Assembly (NCBI GenBank): GCA_963840455.1
Contig: CAWIYV010000010.1
Coordinates: 416,001-480,000 of the forward strand
DNA: 64,000 nucleotides
From: Nitrospirota bacterium
GTDB lineage: Bacteria > Nitrospirota > UBA9217
Direction: 5' to 3'
Under the pieces are notes generated by a model that searched no databases, was not told the DNA's origin, and saw nothing but the letters and a program-made list of their open reading frames with translations. Position 1 is the first letter of the stretch. Each line of letters opens with the position of its first letter. Positions 42,420-53,700 of the stretch are shown in pieces. A program made the translations under genes and the position numbers.

Positions 42420-44251
42420 AGATCAAGCTCATCATATTCCTCAGCATTTCCATTCTTCTCGCCGTGGTCGGCGGAAGCTACCTCCTGGTAATGAGCGAGC
42501 GACGCATAGCTGATTTTGACTATTTGATCATGCTGCACGAGGTCGAGATCCTGCGAAACCAGCTTTTGCTCAGCGTACGGACCGTAGAGGCGGACCTCTA
42601 TTCGCAGCGATCTCGCCTTCCGGCAGGTGTTGATGAGATCGTAGGACATGTGAGCAAGATGGAAAGCACGATGAAATCGTGCTTCGAGTGTCATCACGAG
42701 GAGAGCGTGAATGCGCGGCTCAATGACCTCGATGACCAGGTCGGCGATTTCGGCCATTCGCTGAGCAGGATACTGACCCTTCGGGCGAACAGGAAACGAT
42801 ATGAAGCCGAGGTGGAAAAGGCCCACATCATCGCGGATTCGCTCGTGAGCAAGATCAACACCATGATCATCCTGACTGGCACGAAGCTCAACGAGAAGAC
42901 GGAGATATCCCTTCGGAACGTTGCCAGGACAAAACTGATCATGGTCGTTCTCGTCGCGGCCGGTCCCGTGATGATCGCCATTCTGGGGCTGACAGCGCTC
43001 GCGGGCTTTACGAAGCCGATCAAGGTCCTGCTGGAAGCCACGCGAAAAATGAAGGCAGGCAATCTGGACATACGGACCGCAGGCCTGAAAAACGAGTTCG
43101 CGGAGCTGGGCCAGGCCTTTGACGACATGGCGATCTCGCTGCAGAAGCACACGCAGATAATTGAAGAGAGCGAAAAACGCTATCGGCATCTGTTCGAAAG
43201 CGCCGCTGACGCCATCTTTATTCTGAGCGTTGAGGAAAATACGGCCGGCGAAATCCTGCAGGCAAATCAGGCTGCAGCCAGAATGCATGGCTATACCGTG
43301 GAAGAGCTCATGACGATGAACATCCGGGACCTCGATACGCCGGACGCGGCGTTGGGGATCCCGATACGCATTGACCGGATGCTGAGAGGGGAACGGGTGA
43401 GAACACAGATCAACCATCAGACACGGGACGGCACCATATTCCCGGTCGAAGTCAGCGCCAGCATTTTTGAGGTCGGGAACCATAAGTATATCCTGGCGAT
43501 CGACCGCGACATCACCGAACGCAAACAAACGGAAAATGCCCTTCAACGGGCACAGCAGATACGGGTCGCGGGAGAGATGGCCACGGGCCTTGCACACGAG
43601 ATCAAGAACCCCCTTGCGGGCATCAAGGCCGCGATGGAGATGCTTTCCCGCGAAACCTACTTTCCGGAAGAAGACCGGATCGTCCTGAACAAGGCCATTG
43701 ATGAGATCAAGCGGATCGAGTATTTGATGAAGAGCCTGCTGAACTTTGCCCGGCCGCCGAAGCCGCAACTGGTCAGGACCGACGTGAACGCGGTCCTGGA
43801 AACCGTCCTCGGCTCGGTCCTGAAAGACCCTGCCTACGCGCGGGACGCATCGCGTGCCATTGAAATTCAAAAGAACTACGACCTCCATCTCCCGGCGGTC
43901 ATGGCAGACCCCATGCAGCTTCAGCAGATCTTCATGAACCTGCTCCTGAACGCAGCTGATGCCATGCCTGAGGGGGGCATCCTGGTCCTCGAAACAATGT
44001 TCGATCACGGGCTCGGGATGCTGCAGATCAAGATCTCCGATACCGGCACGGGCGTTGATGCCGCGGTCATCAACAACATATTTCAACCGTTCTTTACGAC
44101 AAAGGCCAAGGGGACCGGTCTTGGCCTGGCCATAACCAAACGATTAGTCGAGGAAAATGAAGGGCAGATCAGCATCGAAAGCAAAGCGAACGGCGGAGCA
44201 GTGTTCATCATAACACTTCCGGCTTTGCACCAAGGAGAATCGCAGGCATGA
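42416..44251 (+). CDS. Membrane sensor histidine kinase (periplasmic CxxCH, HAMP, PAS, HisKA, HATPase)
   Basis: Two TM helices, SCFECHH, HAMP NEFAELG, PAS domain, H-box AHEIKNPL, N-box NLLLNA and GTGLGL. Confidence 0.93.
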   Translation: MKIKLIIFLSISILLAVVGGSYLLVMSERRIADFDYLIMLHEVEILRNQLLLSVRTVEADLYSQRSRLPAGVDEIVGHVSKMESTMKSCFECHHEESVNARLNDLDDQVGDFGHSLSRILTLRANRKRYEAEVEKAHIIADSLVSKINTMIILTGTKLNEKTEISLRNVARTKLIMVVLVAAGPVMIAILGLTALAGFTKPIKVLLEATRKMKAGNLDIRTAGLKNEFAELGQAFDDMAISLQKHTQIIEESEKRYRHLFESAADAIFILSVEENTAGEILQANQAAARMHGYTVEELMTMNIRDLDTPDAALGIPIRIDRMLRGERVRTQINHQTRDGTIFPVEVSASIFEVGNHKYILAIDRDITERKQTENALQRAQQIRVAGEMATGLAHEIKNPLAGIKAAMEMLSRETYFPEEDRIVLNKAIDEIKRIEYLMKSLLNFARPPKPQLVRTDVNAVLETVLGSVLKDPAYARDASRAIEIQKNYDLHLPAVMADPMQLQQIFMNLLLNAADAMPEGGILVLETMFDHGLGMLQIKISDTGTGVDAAVINNIFQPFFTTKAKGTGLGLAITKRLVEENEGQISIESKANGGAVFIITLPALHQGESQA

Positions 44252-45636
44252 AAATACAGGGTAGGATCTTTCTGGTTGATGATGATGAGCTGATCAATTC
44301 CATGCTCTCACGGATGTTGAAAAGCAGCGGATACGAGATCCGCACGTCGACCAGCGCCATCGATGTTGTGAGCAAGATCAAATCCTGGTCTGCCGACATC
44401 GTACTGCTCGATATCAGGATCGGCGACCGGAGCGGTATTGATGTGCTGACGGAGCTTGTCAAACAGGAAATCCCGGCGCAGGTCGTCATGCTGACCGCGG
44501 ATGACACCGCGGAGTCGGCGGTAAAAGCAATGAAGCTCGGCGCAGCGGACTACCTGACGAAGCCTTTTAATATCGATGAAGTGAAGATCGTGCTCCAGAA
44601 CATCATGGAACGGGGCAAGTTGAAGCAAGAGGTCGTCTATCTGAGAAAAGTTCAGTCAGAGGTCTTCGAAAAGGAGATCATCGGCAAGTCGAAGGAGATC
44701 CAGGATGTAAAGACCAAGATCAAGAGGATGGCCGATGCTGCGGTCTCAACGATCCTGATCACCGGCGAGAGCGGTACCGGCAAGGAGCTGTTCGCACGGT
44801 ATGCTCACCGTCTGTTCCATGATGTCACCCAGAAAGGATATGCGCCGTTCATCAAGATCAACTGCGCGGCCCTCCCGGAGACGCTGCTCGAGTCGGAGCT
44901 CTTCGGGCATGAAAAAGGGTCCTTTACCGATGCAAAAGCGGATAAAAAAGGACTGTTCGAGCTCGCTCAGGGGGGCTCGATCCTCCTGGACGAGATCGGC
45001 GATATGAAGCAGAGCCTTCAGGGGAAGCTGCTCCGGGTGCTGGAGGAACGAACGGTAAGGCCTGTGGGGGGAAGCGAGGAGATCCCGATCGATGTTACGG
45101 TGATCGCAACGACCAATACGGACCTGAAGAAAGCAGTGGAGAATGGCGAGTTCAGGATGGACCTCTTCTTCCGGTTAAGCGCGTTCCATCTGCACATACC
45201 GCCTCTTCGGGAGCGGAAGGTGGATGTCCCGGTCATCATCGGGCACTATCTGTCCTCCTTCGTCATGCAATATAAACGGCCGACCACGACGCGCATCTCT
45301 CCCGAGGCGGAGAAGATCCTGATGGCCTACGAATGGCCGGGCAATATCCGGGAGCTGAGAAACCTGCTTGAACGGCTTGTCGTCCTCGAAGGGGCGGAAG
45401 AGATCCTGCCCGAGCATCTGCCGAGCTGGCTGACCAGCAAATCAGGCATTGCGACCACGGCTTCCCGTGACCGGATCACGCTGCCGGAACAGGGCGTTTC
45501 GCTCGAGGAGCTGGAAAAAGACCTCATCATGCAGGCACTGGAGCGTACACATCATAATAAGACCCAGGCAGCCAAGCTCCTGAGCCTCAGTTATGATGCG
45601 TTCCGTTACCAGGTGAAAAAGTTCGGACTGGAATAG
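44248..45636 (+). CDS. Sigma54-dependent NtrC/AtoC-family response regulator
   Basis: REC domain (VDDD, LLD, KPF), GESGTGKE, ESELFGHEKGSFTDA, LDEIGD, WPGNIREL and a Fis-type HTH. Confidence 0.95.
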   Translation: MKIQGRIFLVDDDELINSMLSRMLKSSGYEIRTSTSAIDVVSKIKSWSADIVLLDIRIGDRSGIDVLTELVKQEIPAQVVMLTADDTAESAVKAMKLGAADYLTKPFNIDEVKIVLQNIMERGKLKQEVVYLRKVQSEVFEKEIIGKSKEIQDVKTKIKRMADAAVSTILITGESGTGKELFARYAHRLFHDVTQKGYAPFIKINCAALPETLLESELFGHEKGSFTDAKADKKGLFELAQGGSILLDEIGDMKQSLQGKLLRVLEERTVRPVGGSEEIPIDVTVIATTNTDLKKAVENGEFRMDLFFRLSAFHLHIPPLRERKVDVPVIIGHYLSSFVMQYKRPTTTRISPEAEKILMAYEWPGNIRELRNLLERLVVLEGAEEILPEHLPSWLTSKSGIATTASRDRITLPEQGVSLEELEKDLIMQALERTHHNKTQAAKLLSLSYDAFRYQVKKFGLE

Positions 45637-45830
45637 CCTCGTGCAACGGTCGCATCCAATCTTCATGAACCGATAATGTGTAAAATCTTACTGAATGTTA
45701 TGGGGGAAGGAGACGATAGTTAGCTGTATTTCTTTCACTGGCGCCATCGGCAATTATAGTGATAGCCTAATTTCCTGTTGACGAAATCCGAATTCGCCTT
45801 ATCGGTCAGCGGGTCTTTCCGTCGCTCCGC

Positions 45831-46562
45831 TTACTGCAGGAAGTGGTTTATATTGTTCATGGAGTTGACGAACTGTATGCCAACATGATGAGCTTCCGGA
45901 GTCCCCGATCGAGCACTCCAGCGGACCACTCCTTCGCACTGGACCTGGGCGTCACAAAGTTTCAGGATATAACCAGGGTCCAGCCCGCAATCTGTTCGAA
46001 TGCGCATGCCCCCCTCACTGATATCGAGGATGTCTGCAGTGAGGACGTCAGGGGTGTTTTTTTCATGAAAAGGGAATGCGACGTAATTGATTTTTCTGGC
46101 AACGGGTATGCGTTTATGTTTGCGGCAGCCATCGGCAAACCACGTTACAAAAGAATCCACATCGTCTTTCAGCGCGCTGCTTACATCACTATATCCAAGC
46201 TTGCCGGTCGTAAGAATCTGGTCAACAAAGGCCCTGAGGCGGTACAGATCAAAAGGCTTCGCTATCAGAAGAACTGCATTTTCCTGAATGTCACGCATCA
46301 TCGTTTCCGATATCTCGCTTCCCGTCATAATGATGATCTTCATCCAGGGAGAAGCCGGGCCTAACTTTTTCATGATCTCAAGGCCGCTCATATCGGGGAG
46401 ATGAATATCAAGGATGCATAGATCAAACCGGTTTTCGCTGAAGGCCTTCAATGCGGATTTCCCGTCCGCTGCTGATATGACTTCTGTATTCGCATCCTTA
46501 AATATTGCGGAAAGTGAATAGAGAATCAGATGTTCATCGTCAACAATAAGGATTTTTTTCAT
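45831..46562 (-). CDS. Response regulator receiver plus PilZ domain protein
   Basis: KILIVDDE...ILDIHLPD...KPF, then PilZ motifs RKHKR and DISEGG, G.VRW and GIQF. Confidence 0.85.
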   Translation of the reverse strand: MKKILIVDDEHLILYSLSAIFKDANTEVISAADGKSALKAFSENRFDLCILDIHLPDMSGLEIMKKLGPASPWMKIIIMTGSEISETMMRDIQENAVLLIAKPFDLYRLRAFVDQILTTGKLGYSDVSSALKDDVDSFVTWFADGCRKHKRIPVARKINYVAFPFHEKNTPDVLTADILDISEGGMRIRTDCGLDPGYILKLCDAQVQCEGVVRWSARSGTPEAHHVGIQFVNSMNNINHFLQ

Positions 46563-46650
46563 TTTATTGGTAAATGAGAGAGAGACTTGATTTTTCGTTT
46601 ATCTCGCGACATTTTCTATCGTTAAAATCTTCGTAACCATTTAAAATTAA

Positions 46651-46666
46651 AGCAATTTTCATACCA
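46651..46666 (-). promoter_or_regulatory. Sigma54 (-24/-12) promoter for the REC-PilZ gene
   Basis: Minus strand TGGTATGAAAATTGCT has exact GG-N10-GC spacing, about 90 bp upstream of ATG 46562. Confidence 0.7.
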
Positions 46667-46817
46667 TTATCAACTTCAAGCAGGAGTTCCTTGTTTTCTA
46701 GGCAGTTATATATATATTCTTGCTAAAGCATAAAAAAATTCCTGGGAAAAATTCCTTAAGTCTGGTGAATTAACGGCACTGACATGGAATTTTCCACTAT
46801 TAATATTATGCTGTGCC

Positions 46818-46851
46818 AAGATGCCCCGCCCCTTGGGGCGGGGTGGTTCAC
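46818..46851 (+). mobile_element. Isolated IS200/IS605-type right-end remnant
   Basis: AAGATGCCCCGCCCC-TT-GGGGCGGGGTGGTTCAC is a subterminal hairpin ending in TCAC. No tnpA or tnpB is nearby. Confidence 0.6.
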
Positions 46852-47769
46852 TCTTCTCAGGCTGTTTTTTTGAATATTCGAAACCACGAAGATTTTTTAT
46901 TCTTTAAATTTTTTTTAGTATAGTAAACTTTGCCTAAATTGTCCAGCATTACTGACTTTAAATTTCATTAACTATAAATTAGCTATAATCTTGCGCCTTG
47001 TTATTGAGTTGTGGAATATAATGAGATGCTCTCGCAGACCGTATATTTTGGGTTTATGATCGGCGGGATCAGCTGTCCGTCGAAAGATTTCAAGGACGTG
47101 TTCTCGATCAATTTCCGCGGAGCGTCAAGTACGGATCCGGCGTCCTCGCCACTTCGTTGAGATTTCAGCGATGGGGTATCATGCACTCGTCGATCTTCGA
47201 TACCAGGGGAAGAAGCTGGGATGGGAGTAACGAGGGCTCAGCTTCACGGGAAGGATTTTTACAACAGCCTGCTAATGCCGGAGCCCGTTCTAGGCGGTCT
47301 CATCCGTCACACGCTGGGTTCCCGCCCGGTAAGCTTCCGCCGGGCCTCCGCTCATGCACCACCGGACGCTTCCCGTTCGTTCTGTGCGCCACGCTTTTTC
47401 CCTTCCCCTCACGTTTCAGGCCGTTACGACATCATCCCTCCTGTTGAGTTTACTTCCCGATATTCCGGCTATTTCACGGAGCGTAATGGTTATATGACCG
47501 TTTTGTAAGACTTACGATGGATAAAGCACGTTGAATAATACCGTGTGAAATAGCTTGTTCCCGGCGCTTAATACCTTGATAAAAAAACAAGTTTCTGTCT
47601 CGACCAGCATATTGTTGAAAAAATAAACAAAAGAGGTTGGCCTGAATCTTGCTCTTGCCAGAGATTAAAACCCATCGTGTGGCGAGGCATTGCAATTCGC
47701 ATTCGGGAGCAATGCTGATATCGAGCGCGGCAACCCGACAATTGATCTGGGGTTTATCAGGAGGAGAAC

Positions 47770-50700
47770 ATGAACACGCTGTTGATCTGGCTGGCTACTT
47801 GCTTGCTGAAAAAAGGTGTTCGTTCTCTAATAATTGTATTTGCGATCGTGATGGCAGTCAGCCTGTCAATACGGTCTCTTCCGGCCAATGCGGAGGAAGG
47901 GGGCAATGATCATTGCGCCGCACCTCCGATATCCACGATTACCTCTCCTCTTGCCGGCGCTCAAATCGGCGGCGTTACGACGTATACCATCACGGGCACG
48001 GCGAGCAGCGCGGGAACAGGCGTACTCAAAGTAAAGGTTTCCACGAATGGCGGCAAAAACTGGCATTTGGCCACCGATACCTCGGGCAATGCGTCCTGGA
48101 CTACCTGGAGCTTCACCTGGAAAATGATTTCCAACAAGGCTGATAATGACGGAGATATCGATCCTGATGAGAAAAACGTACTCAAGGACGGCAGCTATGT
48201 CATCAAATCGCGCGCCAAGAGCCACTCCGGGTGCGTTGAAACCGCCGGCCCGGGGGTGACCGTGACCGTAGATAATACCGAGCCCGTCACCGCGGCTTCT
48301 GCCGCCGGTTACGTTTTCGGCAGTCTGACGGCGACCAGCCCGGTCAGCGTGATACTTTCCGCAAGTGACGGCGCCGGCTCCGGTGTGGCAGCCGGCTATC
48401 CAAAGTATTGCGTCGACACGGCCAATACGTGCGCGCCGAATCTTGCATACAGTTCGGCAATCAACGTTACCTGCGCCCCCGGCTCGACATGCACCCAGTA
48501 TGTGCGGTACTATTCACTCGATCGGGCGGGCAACAGCGAGGTCGTACAGAGCTCCATGGTCAAACAGAATGTTCTGGACCTGCTGGCGCCGGTGACCACG
48601 GCGTCCCCGGCGGGCGGAAGGTCCAGCAACTTGCAGACGGTGACGCTCAGTTGCGATGACGGCGCGGGTTCGGGCTGTGCGAGAATCTATTACACTACGG
48701 ACGGCTCGACGCCGACAACGAACTCAGCCGTGTATGCCGGGCCGATCTCCATTTCAAAGACCTCCACTGTAAGTTTCTTTGCCGTCGACCATGCGGGAAA
48801 CAGCGAGGCGGTAAAATCGATTGCCTACATCATTACCTACCATGTCACCACAGACGCGGGAGCACACGGCAGCATATCATGCGGCCCGGTAACGGTGGAC
48901 TATAACGCAAACTCGCTGTGCACGATTACGCCTGATGCCGGATATCACATAGCGGGTGTGTCGGCAGGCCTGACCGGCGGGGCCTTGAATCCGGTAGGAG
49001 CGGTCACTTCCTATCTCCTGGCCAATGTCACGGCCGACATGACCATTGCGGCCGCGTTCGCGATCAATACTTTCACGGTAACGCCTTCGGCGGGACCGGG
49101 AGGCAGCATCAGTCCGAGCACGCCCCGGACTGTGGACTACAACGGTGCGGCTCTGTTCAGCGTGACACCTGACACCGGACATCACCTTGTGGCGGTCACG
49201 GGCTGCAACGGAACATTGTCCGGGAACACCTACACCACGGGGGCCATCTCGGGAGACTGTACCGTGTCGGCTGCGTTCGCGATCGATACTTTCACGATCA
49301 CGATGAATACGGGGACCCATGGGAGCGCCTCCTGCGACCCCACCATGGTGACCTACAATGCGGCCTCCACGTGCGTAATAACGCCCGATGCCGGATATCA
49401 CGCCTCGGTCACGGGCTGCAACGGAACATTGTCCGGGAACACCTTCACCACGGGGGCAATCACGAGCGACTGTACCGTGTCGGCGGTTTTCGTGATCGAT
49501 ACCTTTACAGTCACGCCGATGGCGGGCGCAGGCGGGAGCTTCGCTCCGAACGCCCCGCTGACCGTGAACTATCATGGTACGGCGACGCTCACCGCAGTTC
49601 CGGATGCCGGGAATCACGCAACGATCACGGGCTGCGGCGGCACGCAGTCCGGAAACACCTTCACGATCACGGCCGTCAAAGAAAACTGCACGGTGTTTGC
49701 GACCTTTGCCAACGGCGCGCCGAGCATGCCGGAGATCGACTTTCCTCTTCCGGCGAGCCAGACGGGTTTGACCCCGTCTCTTGAGGTCAAAGCCTCCACG
49801 GACCCCGACGGCGACGCGCTCACCTACACGTTCGAGATTTATTCGGACCCGGAGCTCAGTGAAGGTGCGCGCGTGGCCCAGGCCGCGACAACGAGCGCGA
49901 GCTGGGTAGTCCCGTCCGCCGCGCTCGCAGACAACACCATGTATTACTGGAGGGCCAAGGCCGCCGACGGATATCTATCGAGCGATTGGATGCCCACGGC
50001 CAATTTCTTCGTGAACACGGCCAACGACAACCCCACCACCCCGAACATCAGTTCGCCCCAGGATGGCGTACAGGTGACGACACTTGCACCCGCCCTCAGC
50101 GTCACAAACGCTTCGGACGTGGATTTCTACGACGCATTGAGCTATGACTTCGACGTCGCTACGGACGCCGGCTTCACGAATATCGTAGCGAGAACATCCG
50201 GTATCGCCAAGGGCGCGGGGGGCGCCACGTCCTGGATCGTGATGCCGGCGCTGTCTGAAAACAGTCTGTATTACTGGAGGGCCAGGGCCAAAGACACGAA
50301 TGGCGGGGAAAGCGTATGGGTGAGCGCCTCCTTCTTCGTCAATACGGCCAACGATTCGCCGACCGCTCCGGTGATCAAGACGCCGTCCGACGGCGGCGAA
50401 GTTGCGACATTTACACCAACGCTCGTCATGAACAACGCGACGGATCTCGACAGTCACTTCCTTATGTACACATTCGAGCTCGACACAGTCAATACGTTCG
50501 ACAGTCTAAACAAGCAGGCCTCCGGACTCATCGCGGAAGGTGCAGACACCACGGCCTGGACGCCGGCGGCCCTCACCGAGAACACCACCTACTACTGGCG
50601 GGCGAAGGCCGGCGACGGCCAGGCGGACAGCCCCTGGGTCACGGCGAGCTTCTTTGTAAACACGGTCAACGAGACCCCGAGCGTGCCTACGCTGCATGGG

Positions 50701-53700
50701 CCCGCGAACAACAGCTGGGTCACGGTTTTGGCGCCTTCGCTCCAGGTCAACGCCTCCATTGACCCGGACAACGACGGCGTCACCTATGCGTACGAGGTCT
50801 ATTCCGACAGCGCCCTTACTTCCAGGGTGATGGCTTTCTCCGGCGCGGGGACCAGTTGGACCATCAACAGGAACCTCATCGACAACACCTGGTACTGGTG
50901 GAGGGCGCAGGCGAAGGACGAGCACGGGGCCGTAAGCGGTTGGACAACGGCAAGCTCGTTCTTCGTAAACGATAAGGGGTATAACGATCCTCCGGGCATC
51001 ACCATCATCAAGCCGGGCGCTTCGGATTCAACGAACGCCGCGGGTTACACCATCGCATGGACGGCGTCCGATCCGGACAGCGACCCTGTGGTCACGCTCT
51101 TCTACGACACGACCGGCTCCGGATTCAGCGGCGTCCAGATCGCAACCGGGATGCGCCTGTCCGACCCCGTAAGCAGCTATGTCTGGGACATCTCCGGTCT
51201 TGGCGGCGGAACCTACTATGTGTACGCCAAAATCGACGACGGGACCACGGCTGTGTATGCTTACTCAGGACCGCTGACCATCGTCAGGGTCCCGACCTAT
51301 GACGTAACGGCCACAGCGGAGGCCACCGGAAGCATCACTCCGTCGGGCACGATAAGGGTGAACCAGGGAGACAGCCTGACCTTCAAGGTCACGCCGAATG
51401 CAGGATACGTGGTGCGGTCATTCTGGGTCAACGGCGCGCCGAAGACATTATCACCCGACGGCGTCTATACCTTGAGCAACATCCAGGCGAGCGCCACTGT
51501 CCAGGCTTTCTTCAAGGTGATACCGTATACCATCACGTCCGCGGTGGTGCCGGCAAACTCGGGCAAAATAACCTCACAGGGCGTGAACGCCCTCGGCACC
51601 TACACGTATTATATCTATAGCCCCGACAAGACCTACGACCTTGCCCCGAACGCGGGCTACCACCTTTTGGATGTGCTTGTTGACGGCGTATCCCGGGGGT
51701 TGGTGACCTCGTACACCTTCGTAAACGATCAGGCAAACCACACCATCACGGCTCTCTATGAGCAGAACCAGCCCTACATCATCGCCGCCCATGCAGGGCC
51801 GAATGGCTCCCTATCGCCGTCAGGCGACGTATCGGTGATCGGCGGCACCAACCAGACGTTCACCTTCACGGCCGCCGCAGGGTACCGCGTCCTCGACGTG
51901 CTCGTTGACGGAACCTCGGCGGGCGCGATGAACTCCTACACGTTCGTCAACGTCCAGGCAGGCCATACGATCAGCGCCACCTTCACGCCCGACGTCTATA
52001 CCATCACGGCCGCGGCGGACGTGAACGGGAGCATAGAGCCCTCGGGCGCATTAACGGTGAACAAAGGCGCAAGCCAGACATACACGATCACACCGGCTGA
52101 CGGCTACCAGGTGTCGTTCGTGATCGTCGACAACGCCCAGAAGGGGGCGATAACGACGTATACCTTCGCGAACATCGCGGCGAACCATACCATTAATGCG
52201 TACTTTAAGGTGAAGACCTACAACATCATAGCCAGTGCGGGAGCCGGGGGCAACATAACGCCCTCGGGCACGGCCACGCGGAACATCGGCACCGACCAGA
52301 CCTACACCATCACTCCGTCGCCGGGATACCACATAGCCGATGTCGCTGTCGACGGCCTGTCGCAGGGCGCGGTGGCTACGTATACCTTTGCCTCGCTATC
52401 GGCCGACCACACCATTACGGCAACATTCGCGCCGAACCCATCGTATACCCTTATTGCAAGCGCGGGGCCCAATGGAAGCATATCGCCGACCGGCCAGATA
52501 TCCGCGCTCGGCGGCACCAGCCGGACCTTTTTGATCGTCCCGGCCGCGGGGTACCGCGTGGCTGATGTGACCGTAGACGGAGCGTTACAAGGCGCGGTGA
52601 CGGCCTATGTCTTTACGAACATTGCGGCCGACCACACCATTTCGGCCACATTTGCCTTGATCCAATATTACGACATAACCGCGGGCGCGGGGCCGAATGG
52701 AAGCATATCGCCCTCGGGTACGGTTTCCGTGCCGGAGTTCACCAACACGACCTACACCATCACCCCGGCTCCGGGGTACCGCGTGTTGGACGTGCTGGTT
52801 GACGGCGCATCCGTAGGCGCGAGGATATCCTATACATTCTCTAGCGTCCAGGCGGTCCATACGATCAGCGCAACCTTCACGCCGGATGTCTATACCATCA
52901 CGGCCTCTGCCGATGTCAGTGGAGGCATCGCGCCGGCGGGTACGATAACGGTGAGCAAGGGAGACAGCCTGACCTTCACGATAACACCGGATGCGGGATA
53001 CGAGGTGCGGAGCTTGATCGTTGACGGCGCCAACAGGGGCGCTGTAACGACCTATACCTTCGCGAATATTGCGGCGAACCACACCATCAGCGCCTACTTC
53101 AAGATTATTACCTACACCATCACGGCTGCAACGGACGCCAATGGGACCATCAGCCCTGCGGGCGTCAGCTTCGTGAACATCGGCGCCGGCAAGACCTACA
53201 CCATTACGCCAAAACCGGGGTACCACACAGCAGATGTCCTTGTTGACGGGACATCAGTCGGCGCAGTGGGTACGTATGTCTTTACCAATGTAACGTCGAG
53301 CCACACCATCACGGCGACATTTGCGGAGAATCCTGCATACACTATCACAGCCCCTGATGATATGGATTTTGCGGGGATGCACGGCAGCATCTCGCCGGCG
53401 GGCATCAGCACCGTGCTGGGCGGCACCAACAAACGGTTCGATATCATCCCGGATGCTGGGTACCGCGTGGACAATGTGCTGGTAGACGGCGCTTTAGTCG
53501 GCGCGGTGACCTCCTACACGTTCTTCGACATCCAGAAGAACCACACGATCAGCGCAACGTTCACGCCAGATGTCTATACGATCACGGCGACGGCTGGCAT
53601 CAACGGGAACATCACCCCGGCGGGCGCGATAACGGTGAACAAGGGAGACAGCCTTACGTTCACGGTCACACCGGATGCAGGGTACACGGTGTTCAGCGTG

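Noticed and set aside
47256-47275. TTTTACAACAGCCTGCTA as an IS terminal inverted repeat
   Set aside because: It resembles IS/MITE ends, but no convincing partner end or transposase is present in the window.
47680-47694. Sigma54 promoter TGGCGAGGCATTGCA upstream of the giant protein
   Set aside because: The GG-to-GC spacing is one base short of the strict -24/-12 requirement. It would be valid only if an indel error is present.
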